Notes: generated by a model from the sequence alone, not told the origin. A stretch of 64,000 nucleotides of DNA from an uncultured Campylobacter sp. (GCA_963545665.1 CAUUKU010000001.1:8532-72531), one strand, 5' to 3'; shown: positions 19,099 to 29,667, numbered from the stretch's first letter. Program-made: numbers and translations.

Positions 19099-19629
19099 TT
19101 AAACTATCTTTTCAACTTGTGAATATGAAATTTCGATCGGCGTACTTCGTCCAAAAATAGAAACGTTAAGTCGAAGTTTGCCGTGCAACATATCATACTC
19201 CTCTACGATGCCGTTAAAATTAGCAAACGGTCCGTCTATGATCCTGACCGTCTCGCCTTCGTCGAAATAAATTTTCGGTCTAGGCGCCTCGCGATTATTA
19301 ACCTTTTCAAGTATGATAGCTATATCTTTTTCGGGCAATGCGGCCGGCTTTTTGGCCTCACCGATAAATCTACTAACTTTGGGAAGCATTTGAATTTTAT
19401 GCCACAAAGTAGTATCTAAATCTAAATTTGCAAAGCAATATCCCGGATATAGGCTTCTTTCCTTGACTACTTTTTTAGTATTTTTTATCTCTATTATATC
19501 CTCGGTCGGAACGATAACTTCTTTTATTTTATCGCTCAATTCATTTTCTTCCGATAAAGCTTCGATAGCTCTTTTCACCGCCATCTCGCTACCCGCATAA
19601 GTCTGTATAGCGTACCATCTATGTGCCAT
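19099..19629 (-). CDS. nusG: transcription termination/antitermination factor NusG
   Basis: 176 aa with WYAIQTYAGSE at the N-terminus and a C-terminal KOW region. Gene order is secE-nusG-rplK. Confidence 0.95.
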   Translation of the reverse strand: MAHRWYAIQTYAGSEMAVKRAIEALSEENELSDKIKEVIVPTEDIIEIKNTKKVVKERSLYPGYCFANLDLDTTLWHKIQMLPKVSRFIGEAKKPAALPEKDIAIILEKVNNREAPRPKIYFDEGETVRIIDGPFANFNGIVEEYDMLHGKLRLNVSIFGRSTPIEISYSQVEKIV

Positions 19630-19641
19630 GAAAGTCCTCGT

Positions 19642-19815
19642 CTAAGCCGTAATAATAGCAGACATAATCAAATCGACTAGGGCTAAAAACAAAGCGACGA
19701 CGACGACGACGGTAACGACGGATATATACGCCGTTTTAGTTTGATCTTTCGTCGGGAAGATCACTTTGTCTAATTCAATTTTTGCTTGCCTATAGTATTC
19801 TTTAACTTTTTCCAT
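19642..19815 (-). CDS. secE: preprotein translocase subunit SecE
   Basis: The start is trimmed to MEKVKEYYRQ... (ATG at 19815, GAGGA RBS). The longer track ORF would run into tRNA-Trp. There is a single C-terminal TM helix. Confidence 0.85.
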   Translation of the reverse strand: MEKVKEYYRQAKIELDKVIFPTKDQTKTAYISVVTVVVVVALFLALVDLIMSAIITA

Positions 19816-19827
19816 ACCTAATCCTCG

Positions 19828-19903
19828 TGGCAGGGCAAGAGGGATTCGAACCCCCAACCATCGGATTTGGAATCCGGCGCTCTACCGTTGGAGCTATTGC
19901 CCT
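19828..19903 (-). tRNA. tRNA-Trp (anticodon CCA)
   Basis: The reverse complement AGGGCAATAGCTCCAACGGTAGAGCGCCGGATTCCAAATCCGATGGTTGGGGGTTCGAATCCCTCTTGCCCTGCCA folds as a cloverleaf. The anticodon loop is TTCCAAA. Confidence 0.93.
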
Positions 19904-19912
19904 ATAAAACAA

Positions 19913-20086
19913 CTAGCCTTTTAGTTTCACTTCTTTATGAAGCGTATGTTTTTTCAATCTAGGACAATACTTTTTGAGTTCTAGTTTTTCGGTCGTAGTT
20001 TTGCTATTTTTATAGGTAGTATAGTTGATATCGCCGCTCTCGGAGCATTTTAATCCAACTTTTATCCTACTTGAATTCTTTGCCAT
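19913..20086 (-). CDS. rpmG: 50S ribosomal protein L33
   Basis: This ORF is not in the track because it is under 60 aa. My own translation is [57 protein letters not shown], 57 aa. It lies between tuf and tRNA-Trp, as in C. jejuni. Confidence 0.9.
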   Translation of the reverse strand: MAKNSSRIKVGLKCSESGDINYTTYKNSKTTTEKLELKKYCPRLKKHTLHKEVKLKG

Positions 20087-20101
20087 TTAATTTCCTTGAA
20101 T

Positions 20102-20136
20102 AAAAAAAGCAAGTGGAATTTTAAAATTCCACTTGC
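20102..20136 (-). terminator. Rho-independent terminator after tuf
   Basis: The 28-bp perfect palindrome GCAAGTGGAATTTTAAAATTCCACTTGC is followed on the minus strand by T7. It begins 6 nt past the tuf stop. Confidence 0.7.
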
Positions 20137-20142
20137 AAAAAA

Positions 20143-21342
20143 TTAAGCGATGATCTTCGAAACGACGCCCGAGCCCACGGTGTGACCGCCTTCGCGGATC
20201 GCAAAACGAGTACCTTGCTCAAGAGCGATCGGAGCGATCAACTCAACGGTGATCTTAACGTTATCGCCCGGCATTACCATCTCGGTTCCCTCAGGAAGAG
20301 CGATAGAGCCCGTAACATCGGTCGTTCTAACATAAAATTGAGGTCTATAGTTATTAAAGAAGGGAGTATGACGTCCGCCCTCTTCTTTCGTTAGGATATA
20401 CACCTCGCCCTCAAATTTAGTATGAGGAGTGATCGATTTTGGTTTGCATAGAACCATACCGCGCTCAACCTCTTCTTTTTTAGTGCCGCGCAATAAAACG
20501 CCTACGTTATCGCCTGCTTCGCCCTGATCCATCTCTTTTCTAAACATCTCGACGCCGGTAACGGTAGTGGTTTGAGTAGGTTTAATACCTACGATCTCGA
20601 TAGTATCGCCTACTTTAACGACGCCCTTTTCAATTCTACCGGTTACGACGGTACCGCGACCCGAAATCGAGAAAATATCTTCGATAGGAAGAAGGAAATC
20701 TTTGTCGGTATCGCGAACAGGGGTAGGGATATAGCTATCGACCGCATCCATAAGCTCGGTAATTTTTGCGGACCACTCACCCTCTTGTCCGGCTTTAGCC
20801 TCTTCAAGAGCCTTAAGCGCAGAGCCTTTTACGATTGGGGTCTCGTCGCCCGGGAATTTATACTCTTTAAGAAGATCTCTAACTTCCTCTTCAACTAGCT
20901 CTAAAAGATCCGGATCATCAACCATGTCGGTTTTATTTAGAAAAACCACGATGTATGGAACGCCTACCTGACGAGAAAGCAAGATGTGCTCTCTAGTTTG
21001 AGGCATAGGGCCGTCTGCAGCAGAAACGACCAAAATCGCTCCATCCATCTGAGCCGCACCGGTGATCATATTTTTGACGTAGTCGGCGTGACCCGGGCAG
21101 TCGACGTGTGCATAGTGGCGCTTCTCGGTCTCGTATTCGATATGAGAGGTAGCGATAGTAATACCGCGCTCTTTCTCTTCCGGAGCGTTATCGATATTAT
21201 CGTAGTCTTTCATCTCCGCAAGACCTTTTCTAGAAAGAACAGCAGAAATTGCAGCTGTCAAAGTAGTCTTACCATGGTCGACGTGACCGATGGTACCGAT
21301 GTTTACGTGTGGCTTGTTACGATTAAATTTCTCTTTAGCCAT
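20143..21342 (-). CDS. tuf: translation elongation factor Tu
   Basis: 399 aa with [14 protein letters not shown] and NKTD motifs, a canonical EF-Tu. Confidence 0.99.
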   Translation of the reverse strand: MAKEKFNRNKPHVNIGTIGHVDHGKTTLTAAISAVLSRKGLAEMKDYDNIDNAPEEKERGITIATSHIEYETEKRHYAHVDCPGHADYVKNMITGAAQMDGAILVVSAADGPMPQTREHILLSRQVGVPYIVVFLNKTDMVDDPDLLELVEEEVRDLLKEYKFPGDETPIVKGSALKALEEAKAGQEGEWSAKITELMDAVDSYIPTPVRDTDKDFLLPIEDIFSISGRGTVVTGRIEKGVVKVGDTIEIVGIKPTQTTTVTGVEMFRKEMDQGEAGDNVGVLLRGTKKEEVERGMVLCKPKSITPHTKFEGEVYILTKEEGGRHTPFFNNYRPQFYVRTTDVTGSIALPEGTEMVMPGDNVKITVELIAPIALEQGTRFAIREGGHTVGSGVVSKIIA

Positions 21343-21412
21343 CTCATCCTCCGTATATTGATTTGTTATTTTCTAACAACTCTAGTTTCTAATGGTAACG
21401 CCATTTCTAAAA

Positions 21413-21487
<75 letters not shown>

Positions 21488-21596
21488 GTCATGCCCCGGC
21501 AAAGAGAATTTTGTTACCAAAACACAGACCGAAGATTTTTGTATGTAAGCGTATAAAAGCATTTTAAGTTTTTACAGCTCCCAGCAAAAATCCGAA

Positions 21597-21673
21597 TGGA
21601 GCGGGAAACGGGGCTCGAACCCGCGACCCTCAGCTTGGAAGGCTGATGCTCTAGCCAACTGAGCTAATCCCGC
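21597..21673 (-). tRNA. tRNA-Gly (anticodon TCC)
   Basis: The reverse complement is GCGGGATTAGCTCAGTTGGCTAGAGCATCAGCCTTCCAAGCTGAGGGTCGCGGGTTCGAGCCCCGTTTCCCGCTCCA. The anticodon loop is CTTCCAA. Confidence 0.92.
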
Positions 21674-21687
21674 ATAAAAAATTTTCA

Positions 21688-21772
<85 letters not shown>

Positions 21773-21806
21773 TAATATGAAACCTGGTCAAACACTGTTA
21801 CAAAAA

Positions 21807-21882
21807 TGGAGCTGGTGGACGGACTTGAACCGCCGACCCACTGCTTACAAGGCAGTAGCTCTACCAGCTGAGCTACACCAGC
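21807..21882 (-). tRNA. tRNA-Thr (anticodon TGT)
   Basis: The reverse complement is GCTGGTGTAGCTCAGCTGGTAGAGCTACTGCCTTGTAAGCAGTGGGTCGGCGGTTCAAGTCCGTCCACCAGCTCCA. The anticodon loop is TTGTAAG. Confidence 0.92.
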
Positions 21883-22010
21883 ATTTTGAAATTGAAGTGT
21901 TAATTATAGCCGAAAAACACCCATTTGTCAAGGATAAAAACCGATCGTTTTAAAATTTCATAAAATTTTTGCTATAATGCGCGCAAACTTAAAATTTAAG
22001 GAATTGTAAT

Positions 22011-22220
22011 ATGAAAATCGTGCCTTGGATCATCGTAGTTTTTATGATATATATTATCTATTATTTCGTTTCGCGAGCGGAAAAACGGCTAAACGCTCTG
22101 GAAAAACGACTAAACAATCTGGAGGAAAATTTTAACGAAATAAGAAAAATAGCCGAATCTAACAAGCTCGCGATAGAAAACCGATCAAGCCGCGCACAAA
22201 GCGCCGACGCGGAAGATTAG
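22011..22220 (+). CDS. small membrane-anchored coiled-coil protein (hypothetical)
   Basis: 69 aa with an AAGGA RBS, an N-terminal TM helix (IVPWIIVVFMIYIIYYFV) and then a heptad-like LNALEKRLNNLEENF segment. Confidence 0.5.
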   Translation: MKIVPWIIVVFMIYIIYYFVSRAEKRLNALEKRLNNLEENFNEIRKIAESNKLAIENRSSRAQSADAED

Positions 22221-22466
22221 AATTTTAAATCTTTGTTAAGCCATCGCGAAGCTTAATTTGATACCCAAGTTCAAATTTAGTTAAATTTTATCTCGCGATA
22301 GTCACGCCCAAAGCCGCTCGCAACGATCGGCTCGCCGCGGGCGGTACGACGCGCTTTTAAGCTAGATCGCAAATTTTATTTCGCTTAAATTTTTTAAGCA
22401 AACGGTCATTTTGAAATTTATTAAAATTTTGCTATAAATCGCGGAGTTCGCGTTGAAACGGACCCG

Positions 22467-23855
22467 CTAGACCGTTTTTGAAAAGCGCTTCTCGCCCAAA
22501 TTTTTATCCATATACTCATCAAAGCACATCGCGATATTGCGGATCAAAAGCGTGCCGGTGGGCGTTACGGAAATTCTATTCGGCGAGACTTGCACGAAAT
22601 CCTTTAGCGCCTCAAGCTGCTTTAAGCTCGCATCAAAGTGCTCGAAAAATTTTATCTTAAATTTCTCCTCGATCGCCTCTATATCGACGCAAAAATTACT
22701 CATCAGCCCCATAATCACCTCTTTGCGCAGCAGATCCTCTTCATTTAGCAAAACGCCTCTGCAATACGGCAGCCTGCCCGCATCGATCGCGGCTTCATAC
22801 GCGTCCATATCTTTGAAATTTTGCGCGTAATGGCGTGCGCCCTCGCCGATGCTGGTTAGCCCGATGCCGATCAGATCGGCGCCGCCCTTGGTCGTGTAGC
22901 CCTGGAAATTACGGTGCAGCGAGCCGTTTTTAAGCGCGGCGTGAAGCTCATCGGCGGGCTTTGAGTAGTGATCCATACCGATCATCTCATATCCGTTCGC
23001 GCTCAAAAAATCGTGAGTAAGCTTTAAAATTTCAAGCTTCACCTTCGGCTCGGGCAGTGTCGTCTCGTCAAATTTACGCATAGATTTTTTGATCCACGGC
23101 ACGTGCGCGTAGTTAAAGATCGCAAAGCGATCCGGATCAAGCGAAAGCGCAAGCTCCAGCGTGCGCCTAAAGCTAGCTAGGCTCTGATACGGAAGACCGT
23201 AGATAAGATCCATATTTATCGATTTTATCCCTTTTGCGCGCGCCGTGGCTATGACCTCCTGCGTAAGCTCGAAAGGCTGGATGCGGTGGATCTCCTTTTG
23301 CACGCGCTCGTCGAAGTCCTGCACGCCGTAGCTGATGCGGTTAAAGCCGTTTGAAACAAGCACGTCAAGCTGCTCGGCGTTTAAAAACCGCGGATCGATC
23401 TCGCAACTGATCTCGGCTTCGGGGCTGAAATTTTTAAAATATTTTTTGATATTTTTTATGTGACGCGCGAGCTGTTCGGCGCTAAAATACGTAGGCGTAC
23501 CGCCGCCGAAGTGCATCTGCACGATCTGCCGCGAGCCGTCCACGACGCCGCTTAAAATTTGCATTTCGCGCTCGATATAGTCCAAATACCGATCCATCTT
23601 GTCGCGCTTGCCGGTGTAGATTACGTTGCAGCCGCAAAAATAACAGGCGGAGCGACAAAACGGCATGTGAAAGTAAAGCGACAGCGGCGTGGAGCTTTTC
23701 TGATTTTTTAGCTCGTTCAAATACCCGTCGTAACTGAAGTTTTCGCTAAATTCCAAAGCGGTCGGATAGCTCGTGTAGCGAGGCCCCGGGCGCGAAAATT
23801 TTGCGTAAGCGTCGAAGTCTATGCTATTCACGGCCGCCCGCCTTGGCTTTGACAA
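22467..23855 (-). CDS. hemN: oxygen-independent coproporphyrinogen III oxidase (radical SAM)
   Basis: 462 aa with the CRSACYFCGC (CxxxCxxC) motif and the N-terminal RPGPRYTSYPTA signature of HemN. The hemN/UPF0763/argF/hemB order matches Cj0992c-Cj0995c. Confidence 0.92.
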   Translation of the reverse strand: MSKPRRAAVNSIDFDAYAKFSRPGPRYTSYPTALEFSENFSYDGYLNELKNQKSSTPLSLYFHMPFCRSACYFCGCNVIYTGKRDKMDRYLDYIEREMQILSGVVDGSRQIVQMHFGGGTPTYFSAEQLARHIKNIKKYFKNFSPEAEISCEIDPRFLNAEQLDVLVSNGFNRISYGVQDFDERVQKEIHRIQPFELTQEVIATARAKGIKSINMDLIYGLPYQSLASFRRTLELALSLDPDRFAIFNYAHVPWIKKSMRKFDETTLPEPKVKLEILKLTHDFLSANGYEMIGMDHYSKPADELHAALKNGSLHRNFQGYTTKGGADLIGIGLTSIGEGARHYAQNFKDMDAYEAAIDAGRLPYCRGVLLNEEDLLRKEVIMGLMSNFCVDIEAIEEKFKIKFFEHFDASLKQLEALKDFVQVSPNRISVTPTGTLLIRNIAMCFDEYMDKNLGEKRFSKTV

Positions 23856-24306
23856 GCTCTTCGATATCGATGAAAAGGTTTGGATGCAGGCTTTTTACGC
23901 GCGAAACGACGGCATCGACGTCTAAGCTTAATCTTTTCGCACTCGGATCTGCGCCCGTAAGCCTTCTAATCTCGTCCATACACACGATCCACGCATCGCC
24001 GAAATCCACCGGCGTATGCTGCAAAATCGAGCGCTCAAGCTTGAGATTAAAATTTTCCTGCATCGCGTTTTTGGTCGCGGCGATCAGATTTGCGAGCGAT
24101 TTTATCGAGATCATCGTGTGCACTTCGTTATTTTCGTCGATGCCGAACCACGGCTCCTCGTCGCTCCACGAGCCGCTTTTTAAAGTGAGTTTTTTCTCGT
24201 TGTCCTCGCCCTGTGAAATTTCAAAAACCGTCCTTTTCGAGCTATCCAGCCCAAAAAATTCGCTCGCTTTGTCGATCTTTTTTAGCACTTTATCTTTTTC
24301 TTCCAT
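23824..24306 (-). CDS. conserved epsilonproteobacterial hypothetical protein (UPF0763/DUF2603-like)
   Basis: 160 aa. It occupies the same position as Cj0993c, between argF and hemN. The family assignment is from memory. Confidence 0.6.
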   Translation of the reverse strand: MEEKDKVLKKIDKASEFFGLDSSKRTVFEISQGEDNEKKLTLKSGSWSDEEPWFGIDENNEVHTMISIKSLANLIAATKNAMQENFNLKLERSILQHTPVDFGDAWIVCMDEIRRLTGADPSAKRLSLDVDAVVSRVKSLHPNLFIDIEELVKAKAGGRE

Positions 24307-24320
24307 GCTTTCTCCTAATT

Positions 24321-25244
24321 TTACCTTCTTTGATCCAGCCAGACCATAACGCCCTTTTGCGCGTGCAGGCGATTTTCCGCCTCTGCAAAAATTTCATCCG
24401 CATGCGCTTCAAACACGGCCTCGCTCACCTCGTATCCGCGATACGCCGGCAGGCAGTGCAAAAAGATCGCGTTTTTTTCAGCCAGAGCCATTAAGCTTTC
24501 GTCCACGCAAAAGCCCGCAAAATCGCGAATTCTTTGCTCCTTTTCAGCTTCTTGCCCCATCGAGACCCAAGTATCGGTCGTCACGACGTTTGCGCCCGCT
24601 ACGGCTTCTTTTATATCGTTCATTATTAAAATTTTAGCGCCTGAAATTTTAGCATTTTCTTGCGCCTGCGCCAGTATCTGCGGATCGGCCTCGTAGCCCA
24701 CGGGCGTCGCAATACGCAACTCAAATCCCAACTTGCTAGCAAGCATCAACCACGAGTGAGCCATATTGTTGCCGTCGCCCACGTACGCGGCTTTTATCTT
24801 TACAATTGAGGTGCCGCACTCCACGATCGTCATAAGATCCGCCATTAACTGCACGGGATGAAATTTATCGCTTAGCCCGTTTATCACCGGCACGCGGCTA
24901 AATTCCGCGAGCTCTATTAACGTCTCGTGACGATTTACGCGCGCCATGATCAGATCGCACATTCGCGAAATCACGCGTGCAGTGTCTTTGATAGGCTCGC
25001 CGCGCCCGAGCTGGATGTCGCGACTGCTCAAAAACAGCGCGTGTCCGCCGAGCTCGTTCATCCCCACGTCAAAGCTAACGCGCGTCCTGGTCGAGCTTTT
25101 TTCAAATATCATCGCTAATTTTTGATCTTTTAAATAGGGCTTGAAATTTCGCGCCTTGGCCTCTTTTTTAATCTCAAAGGCTAAATTTAAAATTTCGATT
25201 ATCTCATCTTTGCTAAAATCGTTTAACGTCAAAAAATGCCGCAT
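24321..25244 (-). CDS. argF: ornithine carbamoyltransferase
   Basis: 307 aa with STRTRVSF (carbamoyl-phosphate binding), HPVQ and HCLPA motifs. Confidence 0.95.
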   Translation of the reverse strand: MRHFLTLNDFSKDEIIEILNLAFEIKKEAKARNFKPYLKDQKLAMIFEKSSTRTRVSFDVGMNELGGHALFLSSRDIQLGRGEPIKDTARVISRMCDLIMARVNRHETLIELAEFSRVPVINGLSDKFHPVQLMADLMTIVECGTSIVKIKAAYVGDGNNMAHSWLMLASKLGFELRIATPVGYEADPQILAQAQENAKISGAKILIMNDIKEAVAGANVVTTDTWVSMGQEAEKEQRIRDFAGFCVDESLMALAEKNAIFLHCLPAYRGYEVSEAVFEAHADEIFAEAENRLHAQKGVMVWLDQRR

Positions 25245-25289
25245 TTTGCCCTCTTATTTTAAAATTTGACCGCAAATTCAGGCGTAGTA

Positions 25290-25390
25290 TCGCGAGATGA
25301 TTTTTGGGGTTTTGAAGTGATTTTGAGCAAGGCTAGACACAAAGTCTGCCGCAGCGAAAAAATCACGAAATCCGCAAAAAGCACTCGCGA
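25290..25390. repeat. long imperfect inverted repeat (about 32-35 bp arms, about 34 nt loop) between hemB and argF
   Basis: The left arm TCGCGAGATGATTTTTGGGGTTTTGAAGTGATTTT (25290-25324) pairs with the right arm AAAATCACGAAATCCGCAAAAAGCACTCGCGA (25359-25390). The loop contains a smaller hairpin, GGCTAGAC/GTCTGCC. Confidence 0.55.
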
Positions 25391-25399
25391 GACAAGCCG

Positions 25400-26371
25400 C
25401 TATTTTTTTAGTATCGCAGCCACTTCTTTGGCGTGATAGGTGATGATCATATCCGCGCCGGCGCGCCTTATGCCTATCATCGTCTCTATCATCACGCGCT
25501 CATAATCGATCACGCCCGCTTTTTTGCCCGCCTGCAAAAGCGAGTATTCGCCGCTTACGTTATACGCACAGATCGGTAGCAGCGTGCGCTCCCGCAGGTC
25601 TCTGATTAGATCCAGATACGCAAGCGCGGGCTTTATCATCAAGATGTCCGCTCCCTGCGCCTCGTCCTGCAGGCTTTCGTTGATCGCCTCAAATCTATTT
25701 GCGGGATCCATCTGGTAGCTGCTGCGATCGCCGAAACTAGGCGCTGATTCTGCCACGTCGCGAAACGGCCCGTAATAGCCGCTGGCAAACTTGCTCGAAT
25801 ACGCCATAATCGGTAAATTTTCAAATCCGCCGTGATCGAGCGCCTCTCGCAAGGTAGCGATAATGCCGTCCATCATGCCGCTGGGTGCAATCATATCTGC
25901 GCCCGCTTTGGCGTGGATGAGCGCTTGCTGCGCCGAAATTTCAAGCGTCGCGTCGTTATCCACCGTCTGATGCACATTATCGATGATACCGCAGTGTCCG
26001 TGGTCGGTGTATTCGCAAAAGCACAGATCGGTGATAACGAGCAAATTTGGAAATTTAGCCTTTATCGCGCGCAGCGAAGTCGCGATAATGCCGTCCTCGC
26101 TTAGCGCATCCGAGCCGATGCTGTCCTTTAGCGAAGGAATTCCAAAAAGTAAAATTTTATCCAACCCAAGCGCCAAAAGAGCCTCGCACTCTTTTAAAAT
26201 TTCATCGACGCTCATCTGAAATACGCCCGGCATCGAGGCGATCTCCTTTTTGATGCCGCTTCCTTCCACCACGAAAAGCGGATAGATTAGAAAGCGGGTT
26301 TGCAGATCGGTTTGTCGCACCAGATCCCTAAGCACGGGGTTTATTCGTAGCCGTCTAAATCGTTTAAACAT
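25400..26371 (-). CDS. hemB: porphobilinogen synthase (delta-aminolevulinic acid dehydratase)
   Basis: 323 aa with the [12 protein letters not shown] metal-binding region and the active-site Lys context MIKPAL. Confidence 0.95.
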   Translation of the reverse strand: MFKRFRRLRINPVLRDLVRQTDLQTRFLIYPLFVVEGSGIKKEIASMPGVFQMSVDEILKECEALLALGLDKILLFGIPSLKDSIGSDALSEDGIIATSLRAIKAKFPNLLVITDLCFCEYTDHGHCGIIDNVHQTVDNDATLEISAQQALIHAKAGADMIAPSGMMDGIIATLREALDHGGFENLPIMAYSSKFASGYYGPFRDVAESAPSFGDRSSYQMDPANRFEAINESLQDEAQGADILMIKPALAYLDLIRDLRERTLLPICAYNVSGEYSLLQAGKKAGVIDYERVMIETMIGIRRAGADMIITYHAKEVAAILKK

Positions 26372-26434
26372 TATTTTTCCTTTTTTAGCTAGAATTGTAA
26401 GATTTATAATATCACAATCGGAGTAAATTTAAGC

Positions 26435-26995
26435 ATGGATATAAAAATTTCAGAGGTCGCAAATCTCCCCTCCCGCTTCGGAAGCTTCCGCGTTCAGTCG
26501 TTCAAGCAAGGCGAAAAAGAGCATTTGGCGATATTTAAGCAGCCTTTGGAGGGCGTCGTAAACGTGCGTATCCACTCGGAGTGCCTTACGGGAGATGCGA
26601 TCGGAAGCCTAAAGTGCGACTGTCGCGACCAGCTCGAAGCGAGCCTAAAATATATCGAAGAGCACGGCGGCATGGTGATCTATCTACGTCAAGAGGGGCG
26701 CAATATCGGGCTTTTTAATAAAATCAACGCCTACGCGCTGCAAGATCAAGGCCTCGATACGATCGAAGCAAACCATCAACTGGGCTTTAAAGCGGATGAG
26801 CGCACCTACGAGATCGTAGATTTCATACTCGCTCATTTTGGAATTTCGCGCATAAATCTACTTACGAACAATCCGCAAAAGCTGCACGATCTGAAGGTCG
26901 AAGTGGTCGCGCGCGTGCCGATAATCATCACGCCGAATAAATTTAACGAAAACTATCTGCGCGTCAAAAAAGAGCAGATGGGGCATCTGCTGTGA
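26435..26995 (+). CDS. ribA: GTP cyclohydrolase II
   Basis: 186 aa with HSECLTGD...CDCRDQL (zinc Cys triad) and YLRQEGRNIGL. Confidence 0.93.
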   Translation: MDIKISEVANLPSRFGSFRVQSFKQGEKEHLAIFKQPLEGVVNVRIHSECLTGDAIGSLKCDCRDQLEASLKYIEEHGGMVIYLRQEGRNIGLFNKINAYALQDQGLDTIEANHQLGFKADERTYEIVDFILAHFGISRINLLTNNPQKLHDLKVEVVARVPIIITPNKFNENYLRVKKEQMGHLL

Positions 26996-27570
26996 AGCTT
27001 ACGGCGGGCGAGAGCTTTAACGAGCAGGTCGCTAAATTTAAAGCCTGTCTGCAAAAATTTAACCGCGTCCATAGCCTCACGAATTACGACGATTTGGACG
27101 CGGTGGTGCGCGACAGCCTAAGCGGAGCGGAGTTCATACCGCGCTATCCGCGCATCGGATGCGACATCGGCTCGGGAGCGGGCTTTCCCGGGCTATTTTT
27201 GGCGCTCGCGCTGCCGCTGTGCGAGTGGCATCTGTTTGAGCCAAACCAAAAGAAAGCGGCGTTTCTAACCTACGCGAAGGTTAGCCTCGCTCTAACTAAC
27301 GTAAAAATCCACGCCGAGCGCGTGCAGGACGGCGCAAAGCTGCGCGCCGATCTGATAAGCTCCCGAGCGCTAATGAGCGCGCGAAATTTAATTGAAATTT
27401 GCCGCGGCTTTTACGACGAAAACACTACGTTTTTGCTCTACAAAGGCTCGGGCGCAGAGGCGGAAGCGACGGAATTCTGCAAGGAATTTGCAAGCGCGAG
27501 CTGCGAAATTTTTAGCGGCGAAAACGCTTTGAAAAATAGAAAATTTTTAGTGATCAAAGGGGTGAAATAA
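26992..27570 (+). CDS. rsmG: 16S rRNA (guanine527-N7)-methyltransferase
   Basis: 192 aa with the DIGSGAGFPG SAM-binding motif. It follows ribA as in C. jejuni (Cj0996/Cj0997). Confidence 0.88.
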   Translation: MKLTAGESFNEQVAKFKACLQKFNRVHSLTNYDDLDAVVRDSLSGAEFIPRYPRIGCDIGSGAGFPGLFLALALPLCEWHLFEPNQKKAAFLTYAKVSLALTNVKIHAERVQDGAKLRADLISSRALMSARNLIEICRGFYDENTTFLLYKGSGAEAEATEFCKEFASASCEIFSGENALKNRKFLVIKGVK

Positions 27571-27776
27571 TGGGAAAAATTCTAGCCGTCGCCGTTATCG
27601 CGGCGCTCATATATTTTTTGATAGTGCCTAGATTTCGCATAAAGAAAAAGGACGATGCGACCGAGCTTTTGGCGTGCGACGAGTGCGGGACATGCTTTAG
27701 CAACGACGAGCTTGCTCTGCGCGACAAAAAGCGCCTTTGCAAATCCTGCGAAGCCAAACTAAGGGGCGGCAAATGA
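27570..27776 (+). CDS. small membrane protein with a C-terminal 4-Cys zinc ribbon (PP0621-like)
   Basis: 68 aa with an N-terminal TM helix and then CDECGTC...CKSC. Its start overlaps the rsmG stop. Confidence 0.6.
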   Translation: MGKILAVAVIAALIYFLIVPRFRIKKKDDATELLACDECGTCFSNDELALRDKKRLCKSCEAKLRGGK

Positions 27777-28315
27777 TCATCCTAGGCCACGCGCTCGTGC
27801 CCTACGAGCCGCTGTATCTCATCAAAAACGGCGACGAAGTTTTCAAATACGACAATCTGCTTTTTAAATTTAACGACAGGCTCATCGCCGCAGCGCAAAA
27901 GGCGCAGAAAAAATTTAGCGTTATTACGAACGATATAAATGAAATTTTGCTCGCAAACGGCGCAGGCGCGCGCTTCATCATTGTAGATAAAAAATCCGCG
28001 GCGGGCGCACAAAAGCTGGCCAATGATTATTTATTTGACGCTAAGATTGCGATGTTTATCGGCTCTGCGCGGGCGTTAAAAGGCCTAGCCGAGCTCGGAA
28101 TCGATGCGGCGATCTTTAAAGACGCGATCGCAAACGCGCCCAAATCGCTGCTTGCAAGCATTGGAGATAGCGTAGGCTCGAAATTTCACTTCGGGCTTCC
28201 GAAAAAAGATGAAATTTTCGGCGGCGCGCAAAAGCTCGCGGATAAAATTTCGGCTCTGGATAAAAAGCTAAGCGCGCCCGCAGCCGGCAAAAAGGACGAT
28301 ATATGGAAAAGCTAA
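27773..28315 (+). CDS. hypothetical protein
   Basis: The start is placed at the ATG in an ATGA overlap with the preceding stop (MIILGHALVPY...). The track ORF begins 12 codons earlier. No family was recognised. Confidence 0.5.
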   Translation: MIILGHALVPYEPLYLIKNGDEVFKYDNLLFKFNDRLIAAAQKAQKKFSVITNDINEILLANGAGARFIIVDKKSAAGAQKLANDYLFDAKIAMFIGSARALKGLAELGIDAAIFKDAIANAPKSLLASIGDSVGSKFHFGLPKKDEIFGGAQKLADKISALDKKLSAPAAGKKDDIWKS

Positions 28316-29163
28316 AAACGGCGCTTTTGATGAGCGCGCTGGTGATGATTTTTATGTTTGTGGGTAACGCCGTAGGCGGACGCAGCGGCATGATGATAGC
28401 CTTCTGCGCGGCGTGCGCGATGAATTTTTTCAGCTACTTTTTCAGCGACAAGCTGGTGCTGAAGCACTACCGCGCGGTACCGGTGAGCGAGGATAGCGAG
28501 CCGGTGCTTTATGATATAGTGGACCGCCTCTGCGCGAGGGCGAATCTGCCTATGCCGCAAATTTACATCATCGATGAGGAGGTCCCGAACGCCTTCGCTA
28601 CGGGGCGCAATCCAAATCACGCCGCCGTTGCGGTAACGCGCGGGTTACTAAATTTAATGAACCCGCAAGAGATCGAAGGAGTACTAGCGCACGAGCTAAG
28701 CCACGTAAATCACTACGATATCCTCATCGGCTCGGTTGCGGCGATGTTTGCGGGAGCTATCGCGCTACTGGCAAATTTCGCTCAATTTGGCGCGATGGTA
28801 GGCGGCGGTAACTCCGATAATCGCTCAAACGGGATTTTCATGCTCATAGCCGCCATAGTAATGCCGCTAGCTGCGAGCATCATACAGATGAGCATCTCGC
28901 GGACGAGAGAATACAAAGCCGATGCGGGCGCCGCGGCGCTTACGTCGCATCCGCAGTGGCTGATCTCGGCGCTTAAAAAGCTAGACGCCTATTCCAAAAA
29001 CTACCGTATGCGCTCCGCAGATGCCGCTAGCGCGCATATGTTTATCGTAAATCCTTTCGGCGGCGCAGCAAGCAGCCTTTCTAGGCTTTTCCGTACCCAT
29101 CCGAGCACCGCAGATCGCATCGCTAGGCTAGAGCAGATCGACAGAGATATGCGCCTAAGCTGA
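28303..29163 (+). CDS. htpX: zinc metalloprotease HtpX (peptidase M48)
   Basis: 286 aa with the HELSH zinc motif, four TM segments and a C-terminal THPSTADRI. Confidence 0.93.
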   Translation: MEKLKTALLMSALVMIFMFVGNAVGGRSGMMIAFCAACAMNFFSYFFSDKLVLKHYRAVPVSEDSEPVLYDIVDRLCARANLPMPQIYIIDEEVPNAFATGRNPNHAAVAVTRGLLNLMNPQEIEGVLAHELSHVNHYDILIGSVAAMFAGAIALLANFAQFGAMVGGGNSDNRSNGIFMLIAAIVMPLAASIIQMSISRTREYKADAGAAALTSHPQWLISALKKLDAYSKNYRMRSADAASAHMFIVNPFGGAASSLSRLFRTHPSTADRIARLEQIDRDMRLS

Positions 29164-29215
29164 TCGTTGGTAAATTTAAGATAAAATTTTGCCACTTTAA
29201 CCAAAGGAGAAGACA

Positions 29216-29638
29216 ATGGGTTTACTTTCATTCGTAGCCGAAGCAGGCAAGAAACTACTAGGTCTAGGCGATGACGCCAAATCCGTAAAAGACGAGATCG
29301 CCGCCAATCTCAGCTCGACGCCGGTAGAGGGGCTAGAGGTCGAGGTGCAGGGCGACACCGTCAAAATCAGCGGTAACGCCGATAAGGAAACTCTCGAAAA
29401 AGCAGCCCTCATCGCGGGCAACACCGCAGGCATTAAAAACGTCGAAATTGAGGGCATTAGAGAGGATAGCGCCGAGAACTACTACACCATCGTAAAGGGC
29501 GATAACCTATCTAAAATCGCGAAGAAATTCTACGGCGACGCGAACAAATACAAGATTATTTTCGACGCCAACCGCGAGGTTATCAAGGACGCGAACCTCA
29601 TCTATCCGGGGCAGAAGATCAGAATTCCAAAAGCTTAA
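29216..29638 (+). CDS. BON plus LysM domain protein (Kbp/YgaU-like)
   Basis: 140 aa with an AAAGGAG RBS. The C-terminal YTIVKGDNLSKIAKKFYGDANKYKIIFDANREVIKDANLIYPGQKIRIP is a canonical LysM domain, and the N-terminal half is BON-like. Confidence 0.85.
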   Translation: MGLLSFVAEAGKKLLGLGDDAKSVKDEIAANLSSTPVEGLEVEVQGDTVKISGNADKETLEKAALIAGNTAGIKNVEIEGIREDSAENYYTIVKGDNLSKIAKKFYGDANKYKIIFDANREVIKDANLIYPGQKIRIPKA

Positions 29639-29667
29639 GCTCGCCTTTGAATGCCGCAGCTTGATTT

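Noticed and set aside
19816-19857. A 14-codon N-terminal extension of secE
   Set aside because: It would overlap the tRNA-Trp gene. The internal ATG at 19815 has a GAGGA RBS and yields a typical SecE of about 57 aa.
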